A stretch of 64,000 nucleotides of DNA. Origin: an uncultured Planctomycetota bacterium. Its GTDB lineage: Bacteria; Planctomycetota; Planctomycetia; Gemmatales; Gemmataceae. Positions 60,726 through 64,000 of this stretch are shown here, piece after piece. Within the stretch, counting starts at the first letter, position 1, and each line of letters begins with the position of its first letter. The notes under the pieces were generated by a model. It was not told the DNA's origin, searched no databases, and was given only the letters and a program-made list of their open reading frames with translations. The position numbers were made by a program, and so were the translations under genes. The DNA is taken from contig CAWKHF010000012.1 in the NCBI GenBank assembly GCA_963849325.1, positions 288,001 to 352,000 on the forward strand, in the 5' to 3' direction.

Positions 60726-60731
60726 GGGCAT

Positions 60732-60804
60732 TACCCCCAAGGGGACTCGAACCCCTGTCTTAGCCGTGAGAGGGCTACGTCCTAGGCCACTAGACGATGG
60801 GGGC
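60732..60804 (-). tRNA. tRNA-Glu (anticodon CTC), CCA not encoded
   Basis: GCCCCCA acceptor pairs with TGGGGGT; anticodon arm TAGCC-CT CTC AC-GGCTA; T-loop GGTTCGAGTCC. Confidence 0.95.
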
Positions 60805-61004
60805 CTGCATTCCCTTCTTTCTTAGTCCCTCCACGCGGGGCTGTCAAGAAGACTCGAAACCATCACGGGCCAATCCCTCCGCGGAGACCAGCGCAGCCGT
60901 AGAAGCCCCACGCTCTCTCCTTCGCGAGCGGCGCGCTGGCCGTGTCGCCGGGCGCTGTTATAATGTGCGGCATCAATCGCCCACTCCAGGATTCGGGGGA
61001 TGGC

Positions 61005-64000
61005 ATGATCTGCCGCCGCACTCCGTCTCGATGCCGCGCCACCGACCTGCGAATGACCCTCCTGCTGGTGGGACTGACCCTTGCCGGGGCGACGCACGCC
61101 GACGAACCGTCCGCGGTGGTCCTCAGCGGCGAGAGCAAAGCGACGGCCCTCCGACTCGCCGACGCCCGCAAACGACTCGACGAGCAGAAATGGTCCGAGG
61201 CCATCGAAGCACTGCAAGCGATCCTCAACACCGCCGGCAACGACCTGGTTGCCCTCACGCCCACGCACAGCGTCCAGGCCCGGCACCTGTGCCAAATTCA
61301 TCTCGCCTCGCTACCTCCGGAGGCGCTGCGGCTGTATCGGCAGCGCTACGAGACGCCCGCGCGCAAAAAGCTGGAGCCGGCGGAGGCTGGCCAAGACAGA
61401 CAGCAGCTGCGCAAGGTCGTGGACGAGGCGTTCGTGACGCGGACGGCGGAGAAGGCCATCGACCGCCTCGGCGATCTCGCCTTCGAGCGCGGTCGCTTTG
61501 ACGAAGCCGAGGAGTGGTGGCGGCTGCTGTCGCCCTTGCCGGACGCTCACCGCGAGGAGGCGACGCGCGGACTCGCCCTCGTTTACCCCGATCTGAGTCT
61601 CGACCCGGCCCGCATCCAGGCCAAGCAACTGCTGGCTCGCCTCTACCGCGATCCCGAAAGCGGCTGGGCGACGGAACTCGACGGCTTCCGCGCCCGTCAC
61701 GGCAAGACGGAAGGATCCCTGGCTGGCCGCAAAGGGCGTTACGCCGATTTGCTGCAGGCGCTCGCCAATGAAAAGTCGAAGACAGCAAGGGCCGCCGATT
61801 CGGACTGGCCGACCTTCGGCGGCTCGCCGGGCGCGGCCGGGTGGTCCCGGCCCCGGACGACATCCTCGATGGTCTCAGCGACCTGTGCCGCGCCGGCCCG
61901 ACCTGGCGCTTCAACCTGGAGGAACGTGGCCGGCAGGACGGACCTCCGCCGACACCTGCCGTCAACGCCACGCAGGCGCGCACGCTCGCTTTTCATCCGG
62001 TCCTTGTCGGCCATCAAGTCCTGGTGGCCGATGCCCGGTACGTGACGGCTTACGATCTGCGCACCGGCCAGAGCAGCCAGTGGTACGACCTCATCGAGGT
62101 TGGCCGTAACGGCGGGGTGAATCCGAACCTGACACTGCCGGCCCCGCCGGACCTGCGCTACACGTTGACCGTCGCCGGCGACCATGCCTACGTGCGGCTC
62201 GGTGCCCAGGACATTGGCGCCGAGGCAGCGCCAATGCCGCCCCTGATTGGACAGGTGCCCAAGGCCCGCCGCGACAACGAAACGTTCCTGGCCTGCCTGG
62301 GTCTGCATCCCAACGGCGCGAACAACCATTTCCGCTGGCGCATCCGCGGCATCGTCCAGGACAACGCCGTTTTCGAGGGCGCCCCGCTTGTCTCCGCCGG
62401 ACAGATCTGGATCGCTTCCACCCGCTACAATGGCGGGCGCTGCCTCACATCCATCGATTGTTACCCGACCGACGATACGAGCGAACCGCCGCTGCGCTGG
62501 CGGCGCGAAGTGTGCGCGCGCGACGTCAAGCTCGGCGAGCCACGCTACCGCCATCATTTGTTGACGTTGGACGGCACCCAACTCGTCTACTGCTCGCACA
62601 GCGGGGTGGTCGTCGCGGTCGATGCCCTGACGGGGCGGACCAACTGGGGCGTCCGTTACCCGCGCCGCGCCGTCGACAAAGACGTCGTGGCGCAACCGGA
62701 CACGAATACCGTGGAGGGATCTGGCGCCGGTGCTGTTCGCGGCCGGCCGGCTGTACGTCGCGCCGGCCGACTCGGATCGTCTGCTGTGCCTGGATCCCGC
62801 CACGGGACGGACACTCTGGGAACGCGAGGCGATGAAAGTCGTGGACCTGCTCGGCGTCGGCCAGGGACGCCTGATTTTCAGCACCGCCCGGGGACTGCGT
62901 GCGGTGGGTGCGGCCGATGGCAGCGATGCGGAAGGCTGGATCGTCCCCGATGACAGCGACGGGCAGACGGCGGGAGGCGGTTTGACGCCGGCGGGTCGTG
63001 GACTGCTGATCGGCGATCTAGTGCTGTTCCCGACCACCCAGCACGACGGCTTTTCGCCGTCGATTCAGACGAAGGTTTACGCGATCCGTCAGCGCGACGG
63101 CCGGCCGGCGGGCGATCCGGCCCTGCTGCGCGGTCTGCCGGCCGGCAATCTCGCCTATGCCAACGGCTGTCTCGCCGTGGCCGACCGGCATACGCTATCG
63201 GTTTTCGTCGCCCCCCGGCTACAACTGCCTCAGCGCGAGGCTGAGGCGCGGCGTCATCCCGAATCGGCCTCGGTCCTGCTGGAACTGGCCCACGCCCAGG
63301 CGGACGCTGGGCAGACGACTGGGCCCTGCGGACGTTTGCGCAAGCGGAAGCGAAGGCGCGAGACCTGCCGGACTCACGCCGCCGGCGGCATCTGCTGCAA
63401 CAGGCACGCACGGGGCGGCAACAAACTCTGCTGGGAACCGCCCGGCACGCCGCCGAAGCGGAAGAGTGGGGGCGAGTGGATGCGGCACTTCGACAGGCTG
63501 CCGCGGTGCCGTTGCCCGCCCGAGGTCGTCTCCACGCACTCACGCGGGCGGCGCAGATCTGGCAAGCGGCGGGGCAGCTCGATCGCGCATGCGCCGTGTG
63601 GGAAAGCATTCGCGCCGACGAGGCGCTGCGGCAGGTCCAGGGGATCGACCGCAAGGGCACGCCCGCCTCGGCCGGCGATTACGCGGCCGCTATCCTCGCT
63701 CGCTTGGGCGGCGAGCGGCAGATGGGCCTCGTCCGTTCGGAACTGCGTCAACAGGCGCGCGAGCACGAGCAAGCCAAACGCCACGGCGCCGCCGCATACG
63801 CGTACCGCCGCTTGCTGGCGGCCGGCATCGAAGACGAGGGGCAGGCTACCGTTCTGGTCGCTCTGGCTCGGGTGTACGAGCGCGAACCATGCTGGCGTGC
63901 GGCCCGCGAAGTTTGGGAGCGGTTGGCTCACGACCACGGCGACCGTGTCCTCGCCGACCTCGACGCCCATCGACCCGTGCGCAACGTCGTGGCCGATCGC
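61005..64000 (+). CDS. Large secreted PQQ-like beta-propeller/TPR protein (frameshifted, runs off window)
   Basis: Signal-like N-terminus; DWPTFGG, AYDLRTG, G.VVAVDALTG..W, CLDPATG..LW; TG-TATAAT at 60956-60964. Confidence 0.8.

Noticed and set aside
60732-60804. tRNA-Glu as an island integration site
   Set aside because: No duplicated tRNA 3' end or integrase seen nearby
1-64000. Widespread pseudogenisation or programmed frameshifting
   Set aside because: Frameshifts hit essential genes (dnaB, ssb, rpsF, purL) with intact flanking motifs and cluster in some stretches; best explained by uncorrected sequencing indels

Overview
High-GC bacterial chromosome window, most consistent with a Planctomycetota (Gemmataceae-like) genome: DUF1559 C-terminus, PEP-CTERM, DUF1570, Ser/Thr kinase-LRR and PQQ-propeller proteins. 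Single-base frameshifts interrupt many essential genes (dnaB, ssb, purL, nrdJ), which I read as sequencing indels rather than pseudogenes. The backbone carries dcd-nrdJ-cobalamin adenosyltransferase, a glycosylation locus (sulfotransferase-like, glf-glycosyltransferase), rplY-pth-rpsF-ssb-rplI-dnaB, purL, folE, moaD and tRNA-Glu(CTC). Main discovery: a ~9.6 kb integrated element (41490-51133) bounded by an exact 18-bp direct repeat. It is inserted in the first codons of a host gene and supplies that gene with a replacement start. It encodes a large serine recombinase, an AlpA/excisionase, a lone HK97-type major capsid protein, an AAA/RepA-like helicase, ~2.5 kb of densely structured mostly non-coding DNA, and a promoter-driven cargo operon (ART-fold, SWIM, wHTH). 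It looks like a phage satellite of an unusual type. Other highlights: an HNH-type intein in dCTP deaminase next to a LAGLIDADG intein in NrdJ; AT-rich synonymous codon patches on conserved intein-target motifs of nrdJ and dnaB; and palindromic REP-like elements inserted in-frame inside purL and a glycosyltransferase. All family assignments come from motif recognition by eye; no searches were run.
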